A stretch of 46,531 bases of DNA from the IMG/VR virus record IMGVR_UViG_3300030095_002983, positions 1 through 46,531 of that record. One strand, 5' to 3'. This stretch comes from a virus (lineage: Duplodnaviria; Caudoviricetes). The translations under genes and the position numbers were made by a program. Within the stretch, counting starts at the first letter, position 1. Each line of letters starts with the position of its first letter. The notes under the pieces were generated by a model. It worked only from the letters and a program-made list of their open reading frames with translations. It ran no database searches and had not been told where the DNA came from. Below are positions 8,001 through 17,190 of this stretch, piece after piece.

Positions 8001-11000
8001 ATCTCTCATTTTAGTTCGGATATTTGTTGCGATATCTTTAGATAAAGCATCTTCAACAACCTCATAGTTATTACCTTCGGCTAAGAATTGATGATTAACC
8101 CTTAAAGGTGTCGCATCATACTCTAGATTTTTATACAAAATTCCTACATCTTTTGCTAACCCAATAATGTCATTAAAGACTTGTCGCATATCTTTAGCAA
8201 CTTGATGCACAGCTTCTTCGCCTTCTCGTGGTTTCATTTCTGGATTAGAAATGTATTCCATAATTGTTGGGAACTGTTCTGGTTTAATATCAGAACGTAA
8301 CAGTTGCCCTCTGAGGAATGCCATTTGATTATCAATGTCTTGCTTAGATCTTAGTAAGTCTTTAGATCCTTCTGGATTAATCATATGCTGCGTCATTAAA
8401 ATTTGTTGGTCAATTGCAAGAGATAACTGAACAGCCAGATCATATACAGAGTCATACGTTGACTGGTTTTGTGATGGACCCAAAGTAAGACCGCTATAAG
8501 TATTATTATTCATAGCTAAGCGATCTCCGAACGATCTAAAAATAGTACCATTATTTTTTCTCATGTTTCGTAAAATAACAGCCATAGCTACATCTGGCAT
8601 TTCTTTTAAGGCTTCAGAAATATCTACAACAACAACACCATCACTTCTTGTTCTAGAGAAATCACTTAACAAAGATTGCTCCATTTGATATGCTTCTAAT
8701 CTACTTACTCTAAAGTCATCGGTTGTATTGTGATCTTCTAAGGCAGATTCTTTCTCAACAATCTTATCACCAAGAGCACTCATTTCTTTATCGGTTATAG
8801 TTTTACTATCACCAAGCTTAGCTTGTTTATCTCGTTCAGCCTTAAGTTCATTAAGCTCTTCAACTTGAGTACCAAACTCTTCATCGCTAATTGGATCAGG
8901 TGGAGCTTTCTCATCGTGGTAGAACATGTAAGAATTTTTGTTTGCCTTGGTATTAATCCTACCCTGAATAGCACCTGAGTTATCAACAACCACACCTACA
9001 GCTTTTAATGACATCTCTCTTAACTTAGCCAACTCTGCTTTGGTTTCATCAGTCTTGTGGTGCTGCTCTAACACTGCAACCATAGTTCTAATACCATTAC
9101 GAGCCAAATTAATTTGACGATAGATAGCCGCTCTAAATCTATCAATAAACTTTAATTTTTCTGCGGACTCACCATCGCGAGCTTCCAGCTGTCCTTCAGC
9201 TTTACTTAAGATATCTTCAATCTCAGTATTAGCTTCACTCATCCAATACATTGCTGCAGTTTCTGCAATAAATTCTTCTGGTTTACGCATGTAGTGTTGA
9301 TGTCTTTGAACGGCATCTGCAGAAGAACCAGCATTAATAGCTTTAGTTAATTGGTAAACCAAACGAGATACACTTCTATTCTGCATCATATTACGAATTT
9401 CATTTAACTCAGTAGAGCTATCTTGTAAGTCATAATACTTAAACGTACCAACGTGTACTAATTCGTGGACAAAAATCTTAGCTGCAGTAAGAGGATTCTT
9501 TTTGCCATCTGCAGTACTTAACTCGACCAGATACTTGTCACCGTCAGGAATAGATAAAGCACGGCTTTCTTTTGATCCAAAGTTAAACTCAATCTTATGT
9601 AACAACTCTGGATTCTTAACTGCCATACGAGATACAACAGCCAGAATAATATCCGCTGTCTCTTTAGTAATAAACCCGTCTTCAACTGCAGTTAAAACTT
9701 TATCCTTAAACAAAGACCCTTCAATAGTTTTTGTAAGATCACCTTTTGTTTCTGCCGCAGTAATAGGATAGGTAGTAGGCTGATTACGATCCATCATGCT
9801 ATCAATAAATGCATCATCTGCTCGCACAGCATCCATTAGTGCTTGTTTAATGGTAGGCAAATCTTCAGGAGTAAACTCAATACCAGAGTTTCTAAGGTAC
9901 TCTTCAAACTTAGATTCTAATACGTCTGTGAGTTCACCTTCCATTTCAAAAGGATTCTCTGCAAGATTCATTACAAATCCTCGAGCATGATCATAGTATG
10001 GATTAGCTTCGCCCGTAGTAATCATTTCCTTAACCATCTCTAACTCACGAGCTAATTCAGCTGTCTTAACAACTTCATCATCTTGCAATACTTCGTTAAG
10101 CAAAGGCATTCGTCCATCAGCATCAGGTCCAATAATACCCAAAGATAAATAAGTTTGGGCGATAAAGATTTCTAAACCAGTAGCAGATCGTAATACCTCA
10201 CCCTTAGAATCTAAGACAGGAAGTCTGTTTGGAGTTACGTTGGGATCGTAATGACTAATCATAAATCCAAGAACACGCTGTCTATTTAAAAGTTCTGTGC
10301 CAATATCAGTTCCTTTTCTAGCAACAGTATCAGCTAACTTAATTAAAAGCTTGGCTGATTTAGACATTTCAGGATTATCAAAAATTCCATACTCTTGCAT
10401 ACCTTTGATAGTTGCATTGAATGCATTGGTATACATGCCTAATCCAAAGTCTGTATCGTTTTGAGTTTCGGTATAATCAAGATATATAGCTTGATCTGTT
10501 GATCTTCTGGTAGGCACATTACGTTTTTTAGGTAACTGTCTATTTCTACGCTCTAATCTAGCCAGCATAGATCTATCTCTACCACCCACAACTACATTTA
10601 AATCAGTATCAAGTTTAGTAGTAATAGTATTAGAACGACGAACATGATACCGTTGAGAGATCATTTCCATAGCTTCAGCATGAAGCTCATCACGCAATCG
10701 CTTATTGGCAAGTCGCTCGCCACTCATTGCATCAACTTCATCTAAGCGTGTGCCTCTAGACTTAGTTCTATTAATACCGTCAATGCCAGTATGAGCAGTG
10801 TCAGTAATTAAATCTAATGTATCGCTATTCTGAATATTCATTAAAGCTTGTCGAGCCTGAGCCATAGTTAATTGAATACGACCTGTAGTTCCCCGGACTT
10901 GGCTTTCAGTATTAATCTCACCAGTACCCGGAACAATAGCTCTCTTTGATCCAGAAGCATTAGGATCAGCTAAAGTTTCTCTTAAACTGTGCTCATCACC

Positions 11001-14000
11001 TACATGTCCAACAAAGACAGTGTTAGCAAGGCTAGCAATATTTTCTTCACCAAGACTATTTTCATCTTTTATCAATGTATCCATAATAACAAAAGCATCG
11101 CCAATAGTTAAATACTTACCATAGATAGCAATCTTAGCACCGAACTCATTAACTGTAAGCGGATTGCCTTCTTTGTCTACGAGCTTATACTTATTAATAG
11201 TATTTTGTGCAATAGCTTTACCCTTAGGATGTTTTTGCAAAAACTCCATGGTAATTTGTTTTTCAAAAATAGTTGTTAAAATATGAGCAGCATCAGCACC
11301 GTGAATAACTCTAGGTTGATCTCTACTATCTTTAATAATAAAACTAGCTTTTGAAAACTCGTTTAATGGGATTCCTTCAACAGGCGCAAGAGCAGTAACT
11401 GCACCTAGGTTATTAAGTTCGTTACGGAGAGAACTTAAAACTTGCCCAATATTTTTTTGTGTGCCGTCTGTATTTCTAAGAACGTGTCTACTCATCATAC
11501 TAACATTGCCACCCGGAGCAAACTGCATGGTAGATTGTTCAGCACTTCTATTATCAACCGCTCTACGGTTAACCTCGCGAAGCTTAGCATTAATTAATCT
11601 ACGATAGTAGTGAGTAATTCTTTCGGTTTCTCTGGTTCGTTCTTCGTTCGTTAACTCTGAACTATGCAACGCAGACAACTCTTGATTCATACGTTGAGTG
11701 TACCGCTCTCTAATAGTATGAGACTGCCTGTAATAATCAAGATCTTGCCATCTTCCCTCTTTAACCAAATCCATTAAACCATGTTGATAAGCAAAATTAA
11801 TCAAAGTGTTTTCTAATTGATATGAGAAGTTTAAAATATTCTGTTCTGGGCTAGATCTTTCAAGACCTCCCATAGTATCTTGTTCTCGAGCAGGATACAT
11901 AAGATCAGCTTCATCAGTGCTAAAAGAATTATCAGTTAAGTTTTTATCAGATAAATCAGTTGACTTAATCATTCGTGCTGCGTCATCGGACAATAACTCA
12001 GCATTTTCTTGGAATTCATTAAGATCCTTAACCTTAGTTTTAATTAATCCAGCACGAAGCATTGATCTTTTAATTCGATCTGCCTTTAACTCAGGTACCC
12101 CAAGATTTCTAAAAGAGTGTTGGAATGCTTTAGGCAACGCACTGTTAATGCCATAGTTTTGTCCCATTTTTTCTAAACGTTCTTCTAACTCTTCAACAGT
12201 TTTAGACTCAGCTGTTAACTCTTGTGGATCCATGCCATCTTCTGTAATAGCTCGGTATAAACCAGCATTAATTTTAGCTTGAGCTTTTTCAATATCACTA
12301 AGATCTTCACCAGCATCTCTTCTTCGTCTTGTTTGACCTTCAACTACTTTAAGATTTTGATAATATTCTAACCACTGTTGCATAAACAAAGTGTCTCTAT
12401 TTTCTCTTTGCTTTTTGCTTAATTGATTTTCAGGAGTTAAAGAAGCAATAACTGTTTCATATAAAGTTATCTTTGTTGGATCTGTTTCAGTCTTTAAACG
12501 TTTTTCAGCTAGTTTAATAATAACATGATCTTTATTTGTAATAGTATTACCGGATCTAGACATAATATATCTAGCAAACATCTCTTTAGCTTTAGTTATA
12601 TCAACCTCATTGCGACGGTTTACAAACACACCTAAAGCAAGCAGTGGTTCATCGGCATCAATACCTTGGTTTTGTGCTCCCTTTGGACCTTGGTGAGTAC
12701 CAGCATGTTCTGTGCCATACCATCTACCAGCGTAAGAGTCTCTGCCCATTCCGCGAAATGTATTATTATTTGCATAATACTTTTCTAACGTACGACGCAT
12801 ACTAGGATCCATTAAAGATACACCCATAAACTCAGTCAACACATCTAACGCAGTAAAGTCAATAGTTCTACCAACTTGATTCATTCCTTGAACAGCTCTA
12901 AATAATCCCCTACGGCTTTCGTCTTCAACTGCTTTATCAGCTAAGTCTTGAATCTCTGCAGCCTCTTCTCGGGTAATACCCATATTAAGATCAGTTTGAA
13001 TATGTCTAATAATACTATCAAGATTTTTAACAGGATCTAACTTATCTCCAACCTTTTCTTTACGCAAGTTGCCTTGATCATCTAAGTATGGTTTGAGTTC
13101 ATCAAAGTTTTTCCAATCGGTCTTTTCTTCGGTAAGAATAATTCTAATTACTTTAGCAAGCTGAGCTTTTTCAGCATCGCTTTTAAAAGTTAACAGAGGG
13201 CCGCTGCCATCAGGATTCTTTAAGGTCAGATTATCTAAACCTTTAATTGCTCTTTCTTCAAAGAACTGAACCTGTTTATCAGTAGCAGTTTTAATCATCT
13301 TTGTAATTTTTGTTTTAATTTTTTTATACTGTGGAGTACCCGGATCATAACCCAGTCTTGTAACAATTAGATCTTCAATCAAACGATCTCTCATTTGAAT
13401 TTGGAAGGCTAAATTGTTTACACTAATATTTTTTAATGGGTCTGAAACATCTAAAGTGTTGCCTAATGCTGTTTGAATAGCTTCCATGGCTTCTTGATTA
13501 AAGCTATTTGCATCCATTCTCTTACGCATTTCAGCCAAAATATCTTCCATAACTTTACGATCACCAACAATTCGCCCCATAATAGAAGTTTCTTTAGCCT
13601 CAGCCATACCATTAAGAGCGAGTTGTCTTTCGTGCATACCAAAACCTAAAGACAGTCTAACCAATGGCAAAGCAATACGGCGGGCGTTAGCCTTACTTAC
13701 ACCCTCTTCTTCTAAGAAGTTAAAGAACTCTTGAGAAATAGTTTCTCTACCCGCTCCATACAGGTGAACCATCACAGGCTGTTTAAAGAAGTCTCTAATC
13801 TTGCCTAACTCTCCACCCTTGTTTAAATTTTCAGGTGTAAAAGTATCTGCATAAGTTTCTTTTGATAAGGTTTTCGGCAGCAATCCTACCTCTTGCATAG
13901 CTGTAATAGTGTTAAGTGCATTTTGTTTTGCAACTCCACTGCCGTTGTATGCAACATTAGCTAACTGCATTAAAACATCATGAGCCACCTTTACATAGTA

Positions 14001-17000
14001 ATCTTGGTATCTTGAGTTTTTAAATTTCTTTTGCAGTTCTTGATTGTGTTCATGATAGAAAGAATCTAAAGCACTTCCGCCTTCTGCTACAGCCCGTCTA
14101 ATATCAGCTTCCGTTGAACTCGGAGTAATTGTAGTTGGGTTTACAAAAGTAAAAGTTAATGCCATCTTGTGATGAATACCGTTAAAGTTACCATCAAAGT
14201 AAGTATTTCTACTTAAAAAGTCATCGGGGCTTAGAGTAATATTTGGATCGTTTTGCACCGTTCTTGAAAAACTATCCCAAGCCGCAAGACTTTCAATAGC
14301 TGAATCTCTAAACACTGGGTACATTCTACCCCATGCTCTATTTAAGAAATATGCAGTTGTACCAAACCTTGCCATAGCTACAGAGAAACCACCAGCTTCG
14401 CCCGCACCAGCTCCTACTTGATCCTCTTGTCCCGGCACAACAATAGCAGTTCCTTCAAAACCAACACCATGTTCCTCAAGAGTTTCTCTTAATAAATCTT
14501 CATTAATAAATCCTGCGGGTTCTTGATCCCCACTCATATGTTGGTTAAGGGAGTCGTGAATACTAGCAAGCAACACATCCTGCAATCCACTTAAAGCAAC
14601 AGCAAGTTCTGCAATAATGTCATCTCTAGTTTGAATATCTGAATTCATATTGGGGAACATAATACGAGGAATAATACGCTCACCTGCTATGTTTTGATTA
14701 TCGGGAGACACTGCTCCAGTAGCTTCGCTACCATCATCTGCCCAATCAAAAATCTGTTTAATTTCTTCTGGACTAAGATCAATATCTAAAATAAATTGTT
14801 GAATAGCTAACAGTCTAGCATCTTCCTTTAATTTTTCTAACTTACCCGGAAGCATTGGTTCGGCAATATTAATCTGAATAGGAGCACCACGAGTTTTAAC
14901 AGGGTCTGCTCTTTCTTCGGGATTAACAATTCGACCGTCAGAGTCTACTTCATCACGGAATGTTTCCATAGTTTCATGTCTAGTTCCCGGTCTAATATTA
15001 GCCAAAGTATCTACAGCACCCATACCAACTTGGTCTGCTGCTGAATAAGAAAGTTCTCCGTTGCCCCAGTCTGCTAATTTGTTAGGGACACCTTTATAAT
15101 TACTTAAGTATTTAATAATAGCTTGAGCAATATCTTGGACATCAGCATCTTGTAACTTAGAAGGATTGTACAGTCCCTCTTGAATTAATCCTTCTGCCTC
15201 TAAACTATTAATAATATTACGCATAAACCGAGGCGAGCTAGAGTATTTCATATACAATCTTTCTAAGATTGATTCTTGAATCTTTGCTTCATATTCCTCA
15301 GCGGTTTCAGTAAAGGTTAAGTTTCTATTACGATCCAATCCAACCATATACTGACCGTATAAACTACTACCTTTAGTATTAAATAATCTCTTACCCAGAG
15401 TTCGTAACGCATCTGCATCGCCCTCTGCAAGAGATAGGGTTTCTTCTAATAATAATTCAGGATCTTGTAGGTATTCGTCACGCGAAAGATTTTCTCTTTG
15501 TGCTTCTAATAATCTAGCATCTTCTTTTTTACCTCTAGCCTTATACTCTAAACGGGCACGGTGAATAAAAAGTTCTTCTAATAAAGATTGAATATCGTAG
15601 TACTGAATAGAAGCATCAGCATCGCCAATTAAACTAGCTTGGAAAAGTTTGTGCCAATTCATTTTAGCAAATGCTTTACCTACATTTACTTTACTGCCGT
15701 CTAAGCTGTTACGGACTAACAAGCCAAAACTAGAAAGCTCTGCTCCAGTTACCGTAGATCTTTTTTGTAATGAAATTAAATTGTTTAAAGAAGTTTCAAG
15801 AGTATTGATCAATCTAATTTGATTAGCACTATCTAACACAGCGGCCTTTTCATCTTCAGACATATCAATCTCTGGACGCTTAGTAGGATCCCACATTTCT
15901 TTAATGATGCCGGTAAAGGGTTTACCTGCTACAGGAACCAAATCACTATTGCCATCAATTAATGAATCAATAACAGCATCAGGATTCTTAGACTGCCTAA
16001 TATCTTCCCATCTTTCCTTACCATACATAGCATAAATTTCAGCTTTACGCATTTCTTTTTTAGTCAACGGGGCTCTAGCAATTTCAAAGAAACTATTAAT
16101 TAAATCATTTACTGCAGCTTGAAAATACTTTTGAGTAAGCTTGGTATCACCATCTACTTCAATATTAGTTAAAGCTTCAATCTTTTCTTTTTTCTGTTCG
16201 GGTGTTAACTTTTTATCAGCTTCAATAGCGGCGTGATATCTATCTAAAAGATATTTAGCCAGTGATTTTGCTGTGTATCTATCAATTCCCAGCTCTACTA
16301 AAGCAGCATGAATTTGACGTACACTAGGAACCTTATTATTCTTTGTTAACGCTCTAAGAACAGTTCGGACCTTGTGAGCTTGGTCTAACTTTTCACGACG
16401 CAACTGCAACCTAGCCCAAATATGTTCTGTAATATTTTCTGTAATATCAGGAGCAAGATCGGCTAAATCATCTCTAAGTTCTTCGGCTTCAGCTTCAAGC
16501 TTTGCTCTTTCTTCGGCAGTTTCTCTAAGAGCTTTCTCACTTAACTTGCCCATAAACTTTAAATAGTTTTGTAATTTTGTTTCAATCTCACCTAACTCTT
16601 TATCAATTGCTTGAATATCTTCTCTTGCCGCAAACAAATCACTATCAAAATCTTCTTCAGATCGAGCAAGATTTAATGCCTCTTCACGTTGAGCGTTTAA
16701 TTTTACTTGTCTTGCCTTGAGTGTTGGAAGCTCTTCTCTAATCTTTTTAGCTTTGGCAGAGTTTCCGACATCTTTGCTTTCTGCATCTCGCACAACTCTA
16801 ATTTGCTCGTCAGTATTTTCTAACAAAGCTTGACGAATCTGGGCAGCTTTACGAATACTGGGGTCTACATTGCCTTCTTCATCGGCTGCATTTTCTCCAG
16901 TCTTAGCCTTTTCATTTTCTGTATTTAACTTCTTACCTGCTTTAGATTCCTCAGATGTAGCTTCTGAGTCCATGGCTGCTGTAGCTTCTCTTGCTGCTTC

Positions 17001-17180
17001 TTCTGCTAACTCAACTGAAGGATCTTGAGTAGTATCACCAAAGGCTAACTCAAATCCGTCTGCTTTTAAACTTTGCTTAACACCCTCTTCAACTTGCTCC
17101 CTAGACAATTCAGGAAATTGTTTTTGCAGTTTTTTTACTGCTGTGTTAAATCCAGTTAAGTCACATTTACCTTTTGCCAT
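5043..17180 (-). CDS. Giant internal virion protein (about 4045 aa) with a T7/N4-family RNA polymerase domain and a zincin domain; putative virion RNA polymerase
   Basis: Start at 17180 after AAGGAGATATAC. Motif A YFDGNFNGIHH (D at 14193-14195), motif B RDFFKQPVMVHLYG (13755-13796), VIHGADAAHI (about 11280-11310), candidate motif C TIGDAF (D at 11097-11099), HELVH (9453-9467) with EEFIAE. Almost no Cys; occupies the gp16-like position. Confidence 0.8.
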   Translation of the reverse strand: MAKGKCDLTGFNTAVKKLQKQFPELSREQVEEGVKQSLKADGFELAFGDTTQDPSVELAEEAAREATAAMDSEATSEESKAGKKLNTENEKAKTGENAADEEGNVDPSIRKAAQIRQALLENTDEQIRVVRDAESKDVGNSAKAKKIREELPTLKARQVKLNAQREEALNLARSEEDFDSDLFAAREDIQAIDKELGEIETKLQNYLKFMGKLSEKALRETAEERAKLEAEAEELRDDLADLAPDITENITEHIWARLQLRREKLDQAHKVRTVLRALTKNNKVPSVRQIHAALVELGIDRYTAKSLAKYLLDRYHAAIEADKKLTPEQKKEKIEALTNIEVDGDTKLTQKYFQAAVNDLINSFFEIARAPLTKKEMRKAEIYAMYGKERWEDIRQSKNPDAVIDSLIDGNSDLVPVAGKPFTGIIKEMWDPTKRPEIDMSEDEKAAVLDSANQIRLINTLETSLNNLISLQKRSTVTGAELSSFGLLVRNSLDGSKVNVGKAFAKMNWHKLFQASLIGDADASIQYYDIQSLLEELFIHRARLEYKARGKKEDARLLEAQRENLSRDEYLQDPELLLEETLSLAEGDADALRTLGKRLFNTKGSSLYGQYMVGLDRNRNLTFTETAEEYEAKIQESILERLYMKYSSSPRFMRNIINSLEAEGLIQEGLYNPSKLQDADVQDIAQAIIKYLSNYKGVPNKLADWGNGELSYSAADQVGMGAVDTLANIRPGTRHETMETFRDEVDSDGRIVNPEERADPVKTRGAPIQINIAEPMLPGKLEKLKEDARLLAIQQFILDIDLSPEEIKQIFDWADDGSEATGAVSPDNQNIAGERIIPRIMFPNMNSDIQTRDDIIAELAVALSGLQDVLLASIHDSLNQHMSGDQEPAGFINEDLLRETLEEHGVGFEGTAIVVPGQEDQVGAGAGEAGGFSVAMARFGTTAYFLNRAWGRMYPVFRDSAIESLAAWDSFSRTVQNDPNITLSPDDFLSRNTYFDGNFNGIHHKMALTFTFVNPTTITPSSTEADIRRAVAEGGSALDSFYHEHNQELQKKFKNSRYQDYYVKVAHDVLMQLANVAYNGSGVAKQNALNTITAMQEVGLLPKTLSKETYADTFTPENLNKGGELGKIRDFFKQPVMVHLYGAGRETISQEFFNFLEEEGVSKANARRIALPLVRLSLGFGMHERQLALNGMAEAKETSIMGRIVGDRKVMEDILAEMRKRMDANSFNQEAMEAIQTALGNTLDVSDPLKNISVNNLAFQIQMRDRLIEDLIVTRLGYDPGTPQYKKIKTKITKMIKTATDKQVQFFEERAIKGLDNLTLKNPDGSGPLLTFKSDAEKAQLAKVIRIILTEEKTDWKNFDELKPYLDDQGNLRKEKVGDKLDPVKNLDSIIRHIQTDLNMGITREEAAEIQDLADKAVEDESRRGLFRAVQGMNQVGRTIDFTALDVLTEFMGVSLMDPSMRRTLEKYYANNNTFRGMGRDSYAGRWYGTEHAGTHQGPKGAQNQGIDADEPLLALGVFVNRRNEVDITKAKEMFARYIMSRSGNTITNKDHVIIKLAEKRLKTETDPTKITLYETVIASLTPENQLSKKQRENRDTLFMQQWLEYYQNLKVVEGQTRRRRDAGEDLSDIEKAQAKINAGLYRAITEDGMDPQELTAESKTVEELEERLEKMGQNYGINSALPKAFQHSFRNLGVPELKADRIKRSMLRAGLIKTKVKDLNEFQENAELLSDDAARMIKSTDLSDKNLTDNSFSTDEADLMYPAREQDTMGGLERSSPEQNILNFSYQLENTLINFAYQHGLMDLVKEGRWQDLDYYRQSHTIRERYTQRMNQELSALHSSELTNEERTRETERITHYYRRLINAKLREVNRRAVDNRSAEQSTMQFAPGGNVSMMSRHVLRNTDGTQKNIGQVLSSLRNELNNLGAVTALAPVEGIPLNEFSKASFIIKDSRDQPRVIHGADAAHILTTIFEKQITMEFLQKHPKGKAIAQNTINKYKLVDKEGNPLTVNEFGAKIAIYGKYLTIGDAFVIMDTLIKDENSLGEENIASLANTVFVGHVGDEHSLRETLADPNASGSKRAIVPGTGEINTESQVRGTTGRIQLTMAQARQALMNIQNSDTLDLITDTAHTGIDGINRTKSRGTRLDEVDAMSGERLANKRLRDELHAEAMEMISQRYHVRRSNTITTKLDTDLNVVVGGRDRSMLARLERRNRQLPKKRNVPTRRSTDQAIYLDYTETQNDTDFGLGMYTNAFNATIKGMQEYGIFDNPEMSKSAKLLIKLADTVARKGTDIGTELLNRQRVLGFMISHYDPNVTPNRLPVLDSKGEVLRSATGLEIFIAQTYLSLGIIGPDADGRMPLLNEVLQDDEVVKTAELARELEMVKEMITTGEANPYYDHARGFVMNLAENPFEMEGELTDVLESKFEEYLRNSGIEFTPEDLPTIKQALMDAVRADDAFIDSMMDRNQPTTYPITAAETKGDLTKTIEGSLFKDKVLTAVEDGFITKETADIILAVVSRMAVKNPELLHKIEFNFGSKESRALSIPDGDKYLVELSTADGKKNPLTAAKIFVHELVHVGTFKYYDLQDSSTELNEIRNMMQNRSVSRLVYQLTKAINAGSSADAVQRHQHYMRKPEEFIAETAAMYWMSEANTEIEDILSKAEGQLEARDGESAEKLKFIDRFRAAIYRQINLARNGIRTMVAVLEQHHKTDETKAELAKLREMSLKAVGVVVDNSGAIQGRINTKANKNSYMFYHDEKAPPDPISDEEFGTQVEELNELKAERDKQAKLGDSKTITDKEMSALGDKIVEKESALEDHNTTDDFRVSRLEAYQMEQSLLSDFSRTRSDGVVVVDISEALKEMPDVAMAVILRNMRKNNGTIFRSFGDRLAMNNNTYSGLTLGPSQNQSTYDSVYDLAVQLSLAIDQQILMTQHMINPEGSKDLLRSKQDIDNQMAFLRGQLLRSDIKPEQFPTIMEYISNPEMKPREGEEAVHQVAKDMRQVFNDIIGLAKDVGILYKNLEYDATPLRVNHQFLAEGNNYEVVEDALSKDIATNIRTKMRDVIDPITLFASGLLPPLQITSNEFDVDSLPKDKQKEFVDRIIELAADPKGREVVQLMFDALPEGVQRRLEGKAIKNIGKTRYWSQSDILLLQYGLRTMYKKAFQKQGFKSKDFAPLVEFVNQAENKNKYIKAITSGDFNNKDFATFRNNRDFNIFMEFSRVVSGEAEARELLASHNNPARFRASLFLREAQTGVRFLAVDKVFEPSPKSLMAQTMDKETDKEDGTSALSRAFVVDPESLMDGVATGLGFDAVATKSLGKLAAGNNYEIEGVRFDDILDALLETGSRDILKDPRLSRQVTRDKSLTNTAELREHLKVIKNKYDTLAGRRQRVDKTQSFGLMNRLAASGSDLVLAAYGGNLTLATFVVEGSLQALNMAGRGDMIAGPAKLLIEMLKGGARGGLGGVMKLGRLAGNQNAGKAFEDKMTMAELAYAHTHSTVRGLETNQDDESLITGSTMDKVGAAIGLLPKTLAQAATGASSGITNKIKYSVEATAIRTLNQLIQSGGMKRMADFLQTDAGKEIMELDFENSDINDLHKQVKNIFKQSPSGLSDFNFLGRHDVKVFMALANSGLLRPSFLADLNDLVGAAGLEQFIFDGSIDKFDPGRATALTHIAQLQEAALRTPDPKLRAQRLKVLSQIKEYVNREIEARFVGGNPLHMDTSNQAHAVLLKIFRSYPTLFFAQRLRHDSRYYGPVQNATRILNLISMDILYMVALEAFKTGLDEDRLEILLQDLQKKESIIRLLGRTPTFGMMGGVLASGLAEAYIALTGGKGYTQNILNQAFLPVPLQRIQSLLTRGVLDGSKYAFQKGPEADAKFNLALMNLITALPLLQEQVVKAAIVQYMSTPQMKRIELERQKRRSPSQAGGSGGGGGGYGGGGITYYMNPDDPMNNPGVVKFAADRNIWPSELLAYDSLAVLAKEPLANLMGSEPLAPLEERVPDLSATPAPAEPQAAPEPPQKTVANYVPAVTGSPSQRLATSLGKYKGN

Positions 17181-17190
17181 GTATATCTCC

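Noticed and set aside
14932-14946. DSDGR as the RNAP DxxGR motif
   Set aside because: About 250 aa from motif A in acidic, non-beta context; WGRMYP fits the flanking pattern better, though neither is certain.
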